Source: Octopus sinensis (Eukaryota). From it: a stretch of 64,000 nt of DNA. Of the stretch, positions 1 to 12,808 are shown piece after piece. The position numbers and the translations under genes were made by a program. Position 1 is the stretch's first letter; every line of letters starts with the position of its first letter. The stretch covers positions 13,577,360 through 13,641,359 of the forward strand of contig NC_043019.1 in NCBI RefSeq assembly GCF_006345805.1, in the 5' to 3' direction. Under the pieces are notes generated by a model. That model saw nothing but the letters and a program-made list of their open reading frames with translations. It did no database searches and was not told where the DNA came from.

Positions 1-1337
1 GCGCACATATGGTTGTGATGCATGTGCTTGGTGTACCCTTATCAGATGGGTAGTCACGATGGGTTTACTGGGCTTCGTATATTTTACCCCAGTGTCACTT
101 TGATGGCATGTACTGCTCTCTCACTCAATGATAATAATAATAATAATAATATTAATAATAATGACAGTAACAAGCATTAACAAATCAAAAACAACCACAT
201 TGCAAATGAAACATAGGAGCAAAAATATTTAAACCACATTGTATCCTATAAAACAGGTTGTTGTTATTATCATCATCATCGTCATCGTTATCAATAAGGT
301 GATGAGCTGGTGGAATCATTACCATGCTGGATGAAATGCTGTTAAGTATTTCATCTATTGCTACGTTTTGAGTTCAAATTCTGTCGAGGTGAACTTTGCC
401 TTTCATCCTTTCAGGGTCAATAAATTAAGCGCTAGTGAATTACTGGGGTCGTTGTAATCAACTAGTCTCCTCATTTCCACCAAACGCCTTGTACCTTTGG
501 TAGAAAGTATTATTATTATCATCATTATTATTATTCTTAGTTGTAGTAGCAGCAGCAGCAGCATTGTTTCTTATGAGCCAGTTCAGCTGATTGGATACTA
601 CTACTACTAATAATAATTATAATGATGCTGATAATGATGATAATGGTTTCAAATTTTGCTGGGGTCAAGGATGGGTCAGTTACATTGACCCCCCCCCTCC
701 CCAGTGTTCAACTGGTTCCTATTTTATCAACCCCGAAAGGGTGAAAGGCAAAGTTTGACCTCTGTGGAATTTGAACTCGGAACAACATAGCGATGGGTGA
801 AATACGGGTAAGCGTTTCATCCAGCACGCTAACGATTCTGCCAGCTCGCCGCCTTATGTAATAACGATAATAATGATGCTGACGACGATGATGATGATGA
901 TGTTGGTAACGTTATCAACAACAACAACAACAACAGGAATGCCCACACTGCAAATGAAACGCAGAAAAGACAAAAAAAAAAGCGTTTCAGTCACATCATA
1001 TTTTATTAAAACCAGTTTTTAACCCAAAGAAAGTGCAATATGTCGCAGATTAAATTTTGAGCATGAACGGAATCAAATGAACTTTGTTTTACCACTCTGC
1101 AATTTCTCCTCTTTTTTTTTCCTTATTTTTTTTATATTTCTCATTTGCCATTTCATTTTATTCCTGTTTCTTGGCCTTTTTTTAATATTTTGTAGTCATT
1201 TTCCAGGTTTAGTTTGTTTGTTTTTGCTTTCCATGACGACTTCTGAAATAATCTTGCAAGCTTCCGTATGTTTTTATAGCAATGAGGCAATCAGATTTAT
1301 TGCAGTTATTGCCATCCATACTTATTGTGTCCTGCCT

Positions 1338-1600
1338 TGCTAAGTGACAGGGACGTAAACACACCAGCATCAGTTGTCAAGCAATGCTAGGGGGACAAAC
1401 ACAGACACACAAACATATACACACACATATATACGACGGGCTTCTTTCAGTTTCCGTCTACCAAATCCATTCACAAGGCATTGGTCGGCCCTAGACTATA
1501 GCAGATGACACTTGCCCAAGGTGCCACGCAGTGGGACTGAACCCAGAACCATGTGGTTGGTAAGCAAGCTACTTACCACACAGCCACTCCTGCGCCTATA
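1338..1600 (-). mobile_element. SINE-A (tRNA-derived, ...GGCACCTTGGGCAAGTGTCTT... core, internal TA/TG microsatellite), 3'-truncated
   Basis: Reverse complement of ATAGGCGCAGGAGTGGCTGTGTGGTAAG...GGTTCAGTCCC, with A- and B-box-like motifs. Confidence 0.85.
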
Positions 1601-1628
1601 TGTAAACATATGTAGATATATGTATCAA

Positions 1629-1661
<33 letters not shown>

Positions 1662-2084
1662 GATTTGTGTATGTATGAGTGTTGACTACTGTATGTTTGT
1701 GCGTGTGCATATCTACTCATAAGTACCTTTACTGCTATAAAGCCACGCACCACACTCTTCTCTCCTGCAAACGCATCTATAAAATCTTGTTTACCAGCAG
1801 GATACTTTCGAATCAATGACCCTCGACCCGTGTTGCCTGAGAGCTACGTTTAGGAAAATACCCCCACCCCTACCACCATACATACGCACACTCGAAGATT
1901 GTGCAAGTGCATGTGTGCATTTGGGTGTACCTACTATGTCATTCATCATGCATTGTCAGTTGCACTGAGTGGGGGGGGGACTGGTTTCGCAGCAACGTTA
2001 ACGTTATGCACTGAAGGGATTAAGTGACTGCCTCAACCCACAATGCATTGCTGTTTAGATTACGGTGCAGTAGTATGCTCTATG

Positions 2085-2410
2085 GTGGAGGCACAATGGT
2101 TCAGTGGTTAGGGCAGCGGACTCGCAGTCGGAGGATCGCAGTTTCGATTCCCAGACCAGGCGTTGTGTATGTTTATTGAACGAAATCACACCAAAAGCTC
2201 ACCAAGGCTCCGGCAGTGGGTGGTAGTGACCCCTGTTGTACTCTTTCGCCACAACTTTCTCTCACTCTTTCTTCCTGTTTCTTGAGTAACACTGCAATGG
2301 ACTGGCGTCCCATCCAGCTGGGGGGAGGGGCACATATGCCACAGAAACCAGGGAAACTGGGCCCATGAGCCTGGGTAGGTTTGAAAAGGGGGCATAAATA
2401 AATAATAAAG
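2085..2410 (+). mobile_element. SINE-C (tRNA-Arg-like head) with tail type 1
   Basis: GTGGAGGCACAATGGTTCAGTGGTTAGGGCAGCGGACTCGCAGTC...GTTTCGATTCC; possibly related to the described octopus OR-type SINEs (not verified). Confidence 0.8.
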
Positions 2411-2427
2411 CTACCAAGTATAGGCTC

Positions 2428-3214
2428 CAGCGAGCTGGCAGAAACATTAGCACACTGGGCGAAATGCTTAGTGGTATTTCGTCTGTCCTTACATTCTGAG
2501 TTCAAATTCCACCAAGGTCAACTTTGCCTTTCATCCTTTCGGGGTCGATAAATTAAGCACTAGTGAATTACTGGGGTCAATATAATTGACTTAATCTGTT
2601 TGTCTGTCCTTGTTTGTCACCTCTGTTTTTAGCCCCTTGTGGGTAATAAAGGTATTTCGTCTGTCTTTACATTCTGAGTTCAAATTCCGCCGAGGTCGAC
2701 TTTGCCTTTCATTCTTTCAGGGTCGATTAAATAAGTACCAGTTACACACTGGGGTTGATATAATCGACTTAATCTGTTTGTCTGTCCTTGTTTGTCCCCT
2801 CTGTGTTTAGCCCCTTGTGAGTAGTAAAGAAATAGGTATTTCATCTGCTGCTACGTTCTGAGTTCAAATTCCGCCGAGGTCGACTTTGCCTTTCATCCTT
2901 TCGTTGTTGATAAATTAAGTACCAGTTACGCACTGGGGTCGATATAATTGACTTAATCCATTTGTCCTTGTTTGTCCTCTCTGTGTTTAGCCCCTTGTGT
3001 GTAGTAAAGAAATAGGTATTTCGTCTGTCTTTACGTTCTGAGTTCAAATTCCGTCGAAGTCGACTTTGCCTTTCATCCTTTCGGGGTCGATAAATTAAGT
3101 ACCAGTTACGCACCAGTTACACACTGGGGTCGATGTAATCGACTTAATCCCTTTGTTTGTACTTGTTTCCCTTGTCTGTGTTTAGCCCCTTGTGGGCAAT
3201 AAAGAAATAAGTAT
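2428..3214 (+). mobile_element. SINE-B tandem array: one headed unit plus three headless ~180-bp units
   Basis: Units start at 2428, 2651, 2835 and 3015. tRNA-like GGCGAGCTGGCAG...GAGTTCAAATTCC; central GTCGACTTTGCCTTTCATCCTTTCGGGGTCGATAAATTAAGTACCAG, which by recollection resembles the Meta-SINE type conserved domain. Confidence 0.85.
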
Positions 3215-4417
3215 CGGCTCCGGTGTTGATTCAGCTGTATATTCCTCATTCTTGGACTGCTTCATTAGCGTTCTGTTCCTGGTTCTTGGCCGACCGTCAC
3301 ATCAACATCTTTGTCAATATCCCAAGGAACAATTGCTTCCTATTCAAACACAATGCCGATATGGATGTCTGCCATTCTTTACCAAAACTTTCCTTCTCCT
3401 TCTCTTTCTCTCTCAACGCCGAAACTTATTTCTCGTGATTGCTGCAAATGACACAGTCGCCTCTGATGTTCTTTTGAACTTTGTTGACCTCATACTCTAC
3501 CAAAAGTACATCTTATATTTGCAAGACGAGCAGTTTATCTTGCTTTTTCCTCTCCCCCACCTGTCTCTTTCTCTCTTTCACTCTCTCTTTCACTTTCTCT
3601 GCTTAATGCTTCAGTTTAGCATCTTTTTGGATTTTTCATCAAAATTCTTCATTTTTGTTTTCCTCCCCCCACTCCACCCCCATTCTTATACTGGTATCAT
3701 GTTGATTGGCCAACTCTTAAGACTTTCTTCTGTTTTAGTATGGCATCAATTTGTTTTTTTTTTTTGTTACTAACTTTTTGTTTTTTGTATATATGTTGCG
3801 TTTTTTTTTTTGTATTCTTTCTCTTTATTTTATATTCTTCACATCTTACCAATTTCAATAACTCCTTCCTTCCAAACTTTAACAAACATTGGCGACCAGC
3901 AGCGGCACCAGTGGCGGATCTAATCAACTGATTTATGACAGAAATTTTCTTTTTATTTCCTTCGGAAAGACAAAAAAAAAAAAAAAGAGAGAGAGAGAGA
4001 GAGATAATTTCTTTTGAAAACTTTTTCAAAAGAACAATTTCACAGGCAGGCGGTGGCGGTGGTGGGTGGTTCTTCCTCAGAAGAAAATAAATATAGAATC
4101 AAAGAAGAAACATGTCTATAAAACAAAAAATACGAAAAATAAGAAAAAAAACTAGTAAAATAGAAAGAAAAATAGGAAAGAGAAAAAAAAACATCATAAA
4201 GTGTCTATTTTTACCTCGGTGAAATATCTTGCTTGTCATTTGTCTTTTCGGTTATTCCATCATCAAGCTGTAGTCTGTACTAAACATTAACTTAGTCTAT
4301 ATGTTAAGCTTGATATGAGATCATAAGTTATTTTTCATGGCAAAACGACTACGTTTTAGTAGAGAAGGCCTCTCTTGAACAAATGAAAAGGCCACAGAGG
4401 AAATCCCATCTGAGTTA

Positions 4418-4573
4418 TTAGAATTAAAGAGGAATAATAATAATAATAATAATATAATGATAGTAATAATAATAATAATGATGATGATGATTATGATAAT
4501 ACTAATAATAATATTAGAATTAACGAGGAATAATAATAATAATAATAATGATAATAATAATAGAATTAAAGAG

Positions 4574-4614
<41 letters not shown>

Positions 4615-4720
4615 GAATTAAAGAGGAATAATATAATAATAATAATAATAATAATGATAGTGGTTGTAGTGGTAATAATAATCGTAGTTGTAGCAGTAAT
4701 AATAATATTAGTGAATAGTA
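4418..4720. repeat. tagaattaaagagga(ata)n repeat, 4 units
   Basis: Anchor at ~4418, 4515, 4561 and 4613. Confidence 0.85.
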
Positions 4721-6177
4721 ATAATAGTTTATTGTTGTTTTTCTTTTTCTTTTTTTTTTTTTTGTTAAACAGTTGCTGCGTGTAGAGATAGTATTTTCAT
4801 AGATCCGAGAGAGAGGGAGAGAGAGAGAGCAGCAGAGGCAATGTTTTCAGTAAAGAATATAAAACACTGAAAAAAAAAAACGAAAAAACAAAAACTACTT
4901 CTTATTAATCTGAAATGAAACATGGTGATTCTTCTCACCGATAACTAACGGAAAAGAGAGACAGAAGCCACAAGTCTGTTTTAATGGTGTTGCTGCTGCT
5001 GCTGTCGGCATCGTTTTGTGTGTGTGTGGGGTGGGGTTCTTTTTTCTTTTTGTTTTTTGTCTTCGTTCTCCAAGACCAGACTGAAACTTTTCATGCTGGA
5101 GGGTCAGCTAGTTTTAAACATAAAATTTGGCTTTTCGACCCCGTTTTCTTACAAGTTTTTACGCAGTACATAAGTATTGTATTAGTATTTGCTGTACAAA
5201 CTCTATGAAAAATATACCTGTTTCAGATCAAGAGATAATTAAGAAGGGACTGACTGCAAAGAACCTGTCAAGTAGCGCCACCATCATTCATTTTCTTCTG
5301 ATAGAATCATTCATTTCTGTCTGTGATTTCAAACAAGTCGAGGTCTATTATTCTCACAAGCAGGCATGACTGTGTGGTAAGAAACTTGTTTCGCAACCAC
5401 CTGGTACCAGGTTCAGTCTCACTGTGTGGCACCTTGGGCAGGTGTCTTCTATTATAAGCCTTTTTGTAAATTCCATAGTCTTTTCAAATGGCTAATAATG
5501 TGTGCGCACGCCACTACTACACACATTGGAAAGCATTGTACAACCAAGTACTAAAGAAGATCTTTCCTCCTCCATGAAACAAAGCTGTTCCCGCTGGACG
5601 TCAACCCAGTATTTCTAAGCTACGGACCGTGTGATTTATTGTAAGGTTATCTCCCTAGATAGATTGCCTTCACTACGGCTAAGGAGCCCTTTCTACCCCA
5701 CTGACACAGGTTGTACTGGTTTACTGTTTACCAGTAGTAGGATCCCATGCTGCATACAACAGACCTGACCACAGTCGAACAATGATGAATGATGATTATA
5801 AGCCTTGGGCTGACCAAAGCCTTGTAAGTGGATTTGCTGGGCAGAAACTGAAGGAAGCCTGTTGTATATATATATGCTCATAAGGGCCGGTTTCCTGGTT
5901 TCCTTGGCGTATAAGTTCTCCACCTGGACGGAACGCCAGTCCGTCGCAGGTAAGCTGCAAGTCTGTGATTTCAAACAAGTCGAGGTCTATTACTCTCACA
6001 AACAGGCAGGGCTGTGTGGTAAGAAGTTTGTTTCGCAACCACCTGGTTCCAGGTTCAGTCCCACTGCATGGCACCTTGGGCAGGTGTCTTCTATTATAAG
6101 CCTTGGGCTGACCAAAGCCTTGTAAGTGGATTTGCTGGGCGGAAACTGAAGGAAGCCTGTTGTATATATATATATGC

Positions 6178-6443
6178 TCATAAGGGCCGGTTTCCTGGGC
6201 ATATAAGTTCTCCACCTGGACGGGATGCCGGTCCGTCGCAGGTAAGCTGCAAGATGCAGAAGGAAAGAGCGAGAGAAAGTTGTGGTGAAAGAGTTAGCAG
6301 AAGTTCACCGTTACGTTCTGCCGGAGCCACGTGGAGCTTAGGTGTTTTGCTCATAAACACACACATCATCTGGTCTGAGATTTGAACCCACAATCCTTCG
6401 ACCGCGAGTCCACTGCTCTAACCACTAGGCCATGTGCCTCCAC
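6178..6443 (-). mobile_element. SINE-C-related copy with a variant tail
   Basis: Head reverse complement ends gcctccac; tail ...GGAAACCGGCCCTTATGAGC. Confidence 0.7.
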
Positions 6444-7402
6444 AGTGCAGAAAATTAATGAGATGAATTTCAAATTAGCTTTGGTTTCCTTTGCTGTAAT
6501 TAATGAGTGAACCACTGCTAACTTAAGTAGCTGCTGTCTCACATGCATAATTCTCTCTCTCTTTCCCTCCGTCTCTTTCTCTCCTTCTCTTTCTCTCTCT
6601 TTTTCTCCCCCCCCCACCCGTGTTGAAAGATTTAAAGATCTTACATACATAAATCTATAAATAGGTACCCTGAGAATATTTCCTTTTCTTTTGACTAGGT
6701 TGTGGCGGGTGGGGCAGGGAGGCAATGGGTATTTTAGTCTGGTCCTGCTGGGACAACCAGCGAGTGAGGGTGGGGGGTTGCAAGGACGGGGGGGGGGGCG
6801 GTAGGGGAAGGGACGTAGGTAAATCTTAATAAATAGTCAAGGGTTCTCCATGGCAGACAAGGTCAAAAACTGTCTCTAGACTGTCCCCACTCCACGTTTT
6901 TGTTTTTTAGGGGGTTTTTTTCCCCTTATCTTTTAAGCAGAGACTGGTTTAACATCAAACAGAAGTGTCATTGACAATCTCTTTCCTTTTTTCAACAAAA
7001 GGGGAGCTGAACAATACAGTTAATGGTGAGGAGGTAAGCAGAGGAGGAAGGGCCCCCCCCCCCCGGCAGGGGAAGGGAGAGGCTATTATCCCCCCTTTTT
7101 CCTTTTTTATCTATTTGTTTTGCAGTGAAAGGTAGAATAATGGTTTATTTAGTTGTAAAATTGCATAAATGATGGATAAAACCTGGATTAATGGAGAGGG
7201 ACATGAGAATACTGTTAGTTGATTCTTTTTTTTGTCTTTTCTCTTTTCAAAGTTGATCAAAAGGAGATTTGACTTTGTAATTAGCCCCTTGTTGTTGAAT
7301 AAATGTGTGCCCCTTACATCCTATTCAAGTAGACCTGCAACTAAAATTCCTGGGACAAAATCTATTGTATTACTGGCGAGACCTATAATATATATAACAG
7401 GG

Positions 7403-7435
<33 letters not shown>

Positions 7436-7438
<3 letters not shown>

Positions 7439-7775
7439 GCGTAGGAGTGGCTGTGTGGTAAGTAGCTTTCTTACCAACCACATGGTTCCGGGTTCAGTCC
7501 CACTGCAAGTGTTTTCTACTATAGCCTCGGGTCAACCAAAGCCTTGTGTGTGAATTTGGTAGACAGAAACTGAAAGAAGCCCGTCGTATATATATGTGTG
7601 TATGTGTGTGTGAATATGTTAGTGTGTTTATGTCCCCATAACTTAGCGGTTTGGCAAAAGTGACCGATAGAATAAGTACTAGGCTTACAAAGAATAAGTC
7701 CTGGGGTCGATTTGCTCAACTAAAGGCGGTGCTCCAGCATGGCCACAGTCAAATGACTGAAACAAGTAAAAGAGT
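7436..7775 (+). mobile_element. SINE-A
   Basis: Head ataggcgtaggagtggctgtgtgg to tail tgactgaaacaagtaaaaga. Confidence 0.85.
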
Positions 7776-8634
7776 ATATATATATATATATATATATAAA
7801 GTGAAGTAATAATTATCCCCAATTAAACATGGTTGTTCTGTTAGAACAAGCTATACTGCGGTAGTTACCGAGAGAGACACTCTCATATAGGCCTTTGGTG
7901 CAAAATGCACACTTGTTTATATTACTAGTGGAGAGATAAATCCCTGCCACCTCCAGCACTGAGTCCAGCAGGTCACTGGATTTCAACCTTGTTTGGTCTT
8001 GTCAATGATGGTTACTCAACTGATAGAGGCAGCAGCTATTCATCTCCCTGCCAGCAATATTTAGATTGACAGTGCTAGAACAGGCGCTGGTGTCACAATT
8101 AGCCGATAGAATGACCGATAGAATAAGTACTAGGCTTACAAAGAATAAGTCCTGGGGTCGCTTATTAAAAATATATATATTAGAGGCAGGGGCAGTTTCA
8201 ATATCAAGCGTTAATATTTATCCCATACTTAAAAGTGGATGTTCTATAAGAACAAGCTATACTGCTGTAGTTACCATGAGAGAAAGCTCTCATATTGGCT
8301 TTTGCTGCAAAATACACACTCGCTTATATTGCCAAAAGCCAATCTGAAGAGTTTGTCTGTGGGGAGGAATATTCCTTCTCAGTGCTACTACTGCCTCTGT
8401 TGCTAATATACTCATTTACTCGTTTGCATGTTTCAGTCATTTGACTGTGGCCATGCTGGAGCACCACCTTTAGTTGAGCAAATCGACCTCAGCACTCATT
8501 CTTTGTAAGTCTAGTACTTATTCTATTGGTCGCTTTTGCCGAACCGTTAAGTTACAGGGACGTAAACACACTAGCATCGGTTGTCAAGCGATGTTGGGGG
8601 AACAAACAGACACGTAAACGTATACACACACACA

Positions 8635-8696
<62 letters not shown>

Positions 8697-9378
8697 CCTA
8701 CAATGGGCCTCTTTCCTGAACTGCTAAACACACCGACATTGGTTGTCAAGCGATGGTGGGGTGACAAACACAGACGCAAAGACACACGCATATATATATA
8801 TATATATATACATATACACGACAGGCTTCTTTCAGTTTCCATCTACCAAATCCACTCACAAGGCCTTAGTCAGCCCAAGGCTATAGTAGATGATACTTGC
8901 TCAAGGTGCCATGCAATGGGACTGAACCCGGAATTATGTGGTTGGGAAGCAAACTTCTTACCACACAGCCATACCTGTTTTTAGTATATAAAATGGATTA
9001 TAGTTCACTTAAACCCTTTAGCTTTCCGATTACTTTGTCAAATGTTGTGTTTATTTATTTTCATTGTCTTGAATTAATCATACATTATCTCACACCTTCA
9101 AAACATCAATGACATGTTGCTTATTTTTAGAATGACATTACAGGGTAGGTTTGAGAGGTCAGATATGGATGGCTTAACTTCTGTTTTTTTTTTTTTTATA
9201 AGATGATCAAGAATTACTTAGAACTTTCTAAAACCTCAAAATACATTTTTTGGGGAAACCATCTAATTCACCTTTCTTCCAATAAATGGTAATATTCACG
9301 TTACAGCATTTTAGATAACCAAAGTGTGCTTTCTCTCGTATTATTTCTAAAGTTCATTTCTTGTATTTTCTGTTCCAG

Positions 9379-9498
9379 GTTCCATCCATTGTTCGCTCTA
9401 TACCTGAGGAACAAATTCTTAGCCTGCAGCAGCAGACACAGTTTTTGTGGCAAACATATTTTTCCAATTTGGATAAAATCGTCACAACAGTCTTGGAA
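9379..9498 (+). CDS. EXT1: Exostosin-1 internal exon (phase 0/0, 120 nt): VPSIVRSIPEEQILSLQQQTQFLWQTYFSNLDKIVTTVLE
   Basis: Polypyrimidine tract and ttccag acceptor, gtaagt donor. The translation matches the EXT1 segment [40 protein letters not shown] (recalled human sequence) and joins in frame to the next exon. Confidence 0.95.
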
Positions 9499-10280
9499 GT
9501 AAGTGAAACAGTTTACTATTTGTTGTTCTGTATATTTATGTATATCTATGTGTGTATCTTTCTGTACTAGGCTTGGGGGCTGAAAAGTTCCTGGCTGCTA
9601 AGCCTAAACGAGGTTGTGGTACCAGCCTTTCCTGTTTGTTTTCACTGTCCTGTTTTTGTCGCTAATTTTGACCCTCTGCAAAATCCCAAATTTGCTTTGC
9701 GGGAGCAACTGTTTTATCAAAGGCGTATCTTGTGGAATGCTAGAAATACGGATTAAAAAACAGCCAACAACTGATGAAGAGTCGTTCTTTGTGTTGCTTG
9801 TCCTGTTTTCCATTTGTTTCTCACACACACATTATATATATAAAGGAGAAATTAAGATAAACACAAGTTTACATCATTTGTTCCTACATATGTTTCAACG
9901 TTGTGGTTGTTTAGAATTATATATTGAATGTTCCAGGTGTAACTGGATGCTTTTAACCACAACGGATCATAATTTTCCAGATGTTAACGTACTACAGTGT
10001 GGTTTCCTTTTTAGTGTGTGTGTGTGCGTGTGTATTGTTCTTTTTCAAAAGTCAGTGGTGTATGATTTCATGGAGATTTAGCTGCTATTTCTAATACAAA
10101 AGAGGCTTCCACATGGGACTCATATTGCTTCTTCAATTCTTCAGTAAAGTTCTTCCATAATAATAGCTTTCTGGATGGCCTTACAAGAAAATAATAGAAA
10201 TCAGAAAATATATCGGGGAAACAACACATTCTGACTACATAAATGCATATATGTGCATACACACACACACTCACACACAC

Positions 10281-10632
10281 GGTAGCACTCCGTCGGTTAC
10301 GATGTGAGAGTTCCAGTTGATCCAATCAACGGAACAGCCTACTCATGAAATGAACGTGCAAGTGGCTGAGCACTCCACAGACACACGTACTCTTAACGTA
10401 GTTCTCGGGGATATTCAGCATGACACAGAGTGTGACACAAAGGCTGGCCTTTGAAATACAGGTACAATGGAAACAGGAAGAAAGAGTACAGCAGGGTTCA
10501 CCACCACCCCCTGCCAGAGCCTCATGGAGCTTTAGGTGTTTTCACTCAGTAAACACTCACAACTCCTGGTCTGGGAATCGAAACCACGACCACAAGTCCG
10601 CTACCCTAACCACTGAGCCATTGCGCTTCCAC
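10281..10632 (-). mobile_element. SINE-C with tail type 2
   Basis: Same head and body; tail ...GAGAACTACGTTAAGAGTACGTGTGTCTGTGGAGTGCTCAGCC...ACCGACGGAGTGC. Confidence 0.8.
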
Positions 10633-11096
10633 ACATACATACATATTTACACATATATATAAACATGTATGTATCTGTATGCATCCGCCTTCATAAATGT
10701 ATGTATGTGTGTGTGTGTGTATTTGTTTTTCTATATGGATTTACATTTGTACGTATTGACATAAATCTGAACAGGTATCTGTTTTTACAGGTAAGTGCAC
10801 ACAGTCGTACATAACTGCTTACATGTGCATCTACATGCTTATACCAGTCTGACAGCATTTATGTGTGTATGTATAAAATGTATGAATGTATATGTGTGCG
10901 TGTATATGTGTATGCGTGTATATGTGTGTGTATCTATGTGTATTTATATAGGTGTGTGTGTGCATGTATGTGTATGCCTATGTATATATGTGTGTGTGTG
11001 TATCTATGTGTATGTGTATCTATGTGTATGTGTGTGTATAAATATGTGTGTATATATGTGTGTGTGTGTATACATATGTATGTATGTATAGGTGTA

Positions 11097-11139
<43 letters not shown>

Positions 11140-11776
11140 CTATATATTATGTATAGGTGTATGTTTATATATATATGTATGTATAGGTGTGTGTATATAT
11201 ATGTATGTATAGGTGTGTGTATATATGTATGTGTACAGGTACATGTACGTGTATATGCATCTATGTATATATATATGTGTGTGTGTTTATATAGATATGT
11301 GTGTATATATATAGATATATATATATATATACACACAGACGTGTGTGTGTGTGTGTATATGATTGTATGTACATTTCTATGCACACGCACACACGCACAC
11401 ACACACCTGTATGTTTATGCCTTCCATTCCAACAATCCATCCATCAGCATAGATTTAACTGGGCGATATAAATATTTCTCTGCCGAATGTCTTCCATCCA
11501 AATCTATTACCTTGTCCATTGTGATGTCAGGCGGAACCAATCCACAACATGGAAACTGGCGGCTCCATTTTCCCCTTCACCCCTTTCTATATGGTAGGGG
11601 TGGGGATGGAGGTCTGTGGGGGAAGGCAGCGAACAGCCTCTCTCTTCATCTCCATTGTTGTACACCACCGTCCCCACTAGCACTGCTACAATTCCATCCT
11701 CTGCTCCCATGACCACCACCACCTTCCTTTCTGCCTTTCTCCTTCTGCCTCTCTGTCTCTCTCTCTGACATGTTTG

Positions 11777-11821
<45 letters not shown>

Positions 11822-12465
11822 TATATATAATATATATCTATATATTATATATCATGTTGGTATAAGCATGTATATGTGTATGTCTATATACATTATGTAG
11901 CTGGGTAGATAGATAAGTAGGTAGATATACATGTATGTGTGTACTAATGTCTAAATATATATATATTTAGACATAAACACACACATATATATATATTATG
12001 TGTGTATATGTGTATGTATATACGTGTGTTTATGTATTATGCGTATATAGGTGTGTATGTATATATAATATAGAATATATATATGTGCATGTAATATATA
12101 TATATATATATATTTGTGTTTGTGTGTATACTTGTGTGAATGTGTATGTATCTGGTGCAGTCTTGGTTGTGTGGTTAAGAAACTAGCTTCCCAACTACAG
12201 AGATTCAGGTTCAACCCCACTGTGCATACACACACACACACACACACACACACATGGAGAGCTTAGAATTGTTCTTCTGTCAGACACAGTGTTTTCCCAG
12301 TATTACTTTAGTCTCACAATGCTTAGCGGTATTTCGTCTGCCGTTACATTGTGAGTTCAAATTCCACTGAGGTCGACTTTGCCTTTCATCCTTTCGTGTT
12401 TGTCCTTGTCCATCCTTGTTTGTCCTCTCTATGTTTAGCGCCTTGTAGTCAATACAGAAATATAT

Positions 12466-12766
12466 ATCACTGTGACCGACCAGGCTATCAGATGTTGCTA
12501 CACATCGCTAGTCACAATGCGCTTCGCATTGTTTTAGCCTCCAAATGACGCCACCCCGCTGGCTAAGTGAGCAGGCCAACAGAAGAAAGAGTGAGAGAAA
12601 GTTGTGGCGAAAGAGTACAGCAGGGGTCGCCACCACCCCCTGCCGGAGCATCGTGGAGCTTTAGGTGTTTTCGCTCAATAAACACTCACAACGCCCAGTC
12701 TGGGAATCGAAACCGCGATCCTACAACCGCAAGTCCGCTACCCTAACCACTGAGCCATTGCACCTC

Positions 12767-12769
<3 letters not shown>
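12466..12769 (-). mobile_element. SINE-C with tail type 3; the tail is duplicated at 12810-12928
   Basis: Tail ...GCGCATTGTGACTAGCGATGTGTAGCAACATCTGATAGCCTGGTCGGTCACAGTGAT. Confidence 0.8.

Positions 12770-12808
<39 letters not shown>

Noticed and set aside
2841-3113. Recurrent ORFs such as MRNWYLIYRPRKDERQSRPRRNLNSER and GYSRRHLPKVPRSGTEPGTMWL
   Set aside because: Antisense or sense readings of SINE-B and SINE-A; recurrence reflects repeat copy number, not a protein family.
2428-3214. CRISPR-like or array-like regular repeats
   Set aside because: The units are contiguous SINE bodies with no unique spacers, in a eukaryotic context with no cas genes.
3215-3560. Possible nested exon (plus ORF 3223-3438; minus frame with PWDIDKDVD)
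   Set aside because: No convincing splice sites, the minus frames contain stops, and the LicD-like resemblance is only a few residues.
9568-9600. Mariner-like TIR fragment (gggggctgaaaagttcctggct); similar hint at 63290-63312
   Set aside because: Too short and no partner TIR or transposase peptide could be confirmed.
10070-10200. Protein-like minus ORF RPSRKLLLWKNFTEELKKQYESHVEASFVLEIAAKSP
   Set aside because: Its end (tagaaatagcagctaaatctcc) is a repeat motif also seen at ~43186 and 43258, and it has no exon structure.
10795-11712. YIYI/CVCV/HTHT ORFs (also at 20032-20584, 25236-25773 and 52649-53125)
   Set aside because: (TA)n/(TG)n microsatellite artefacts.
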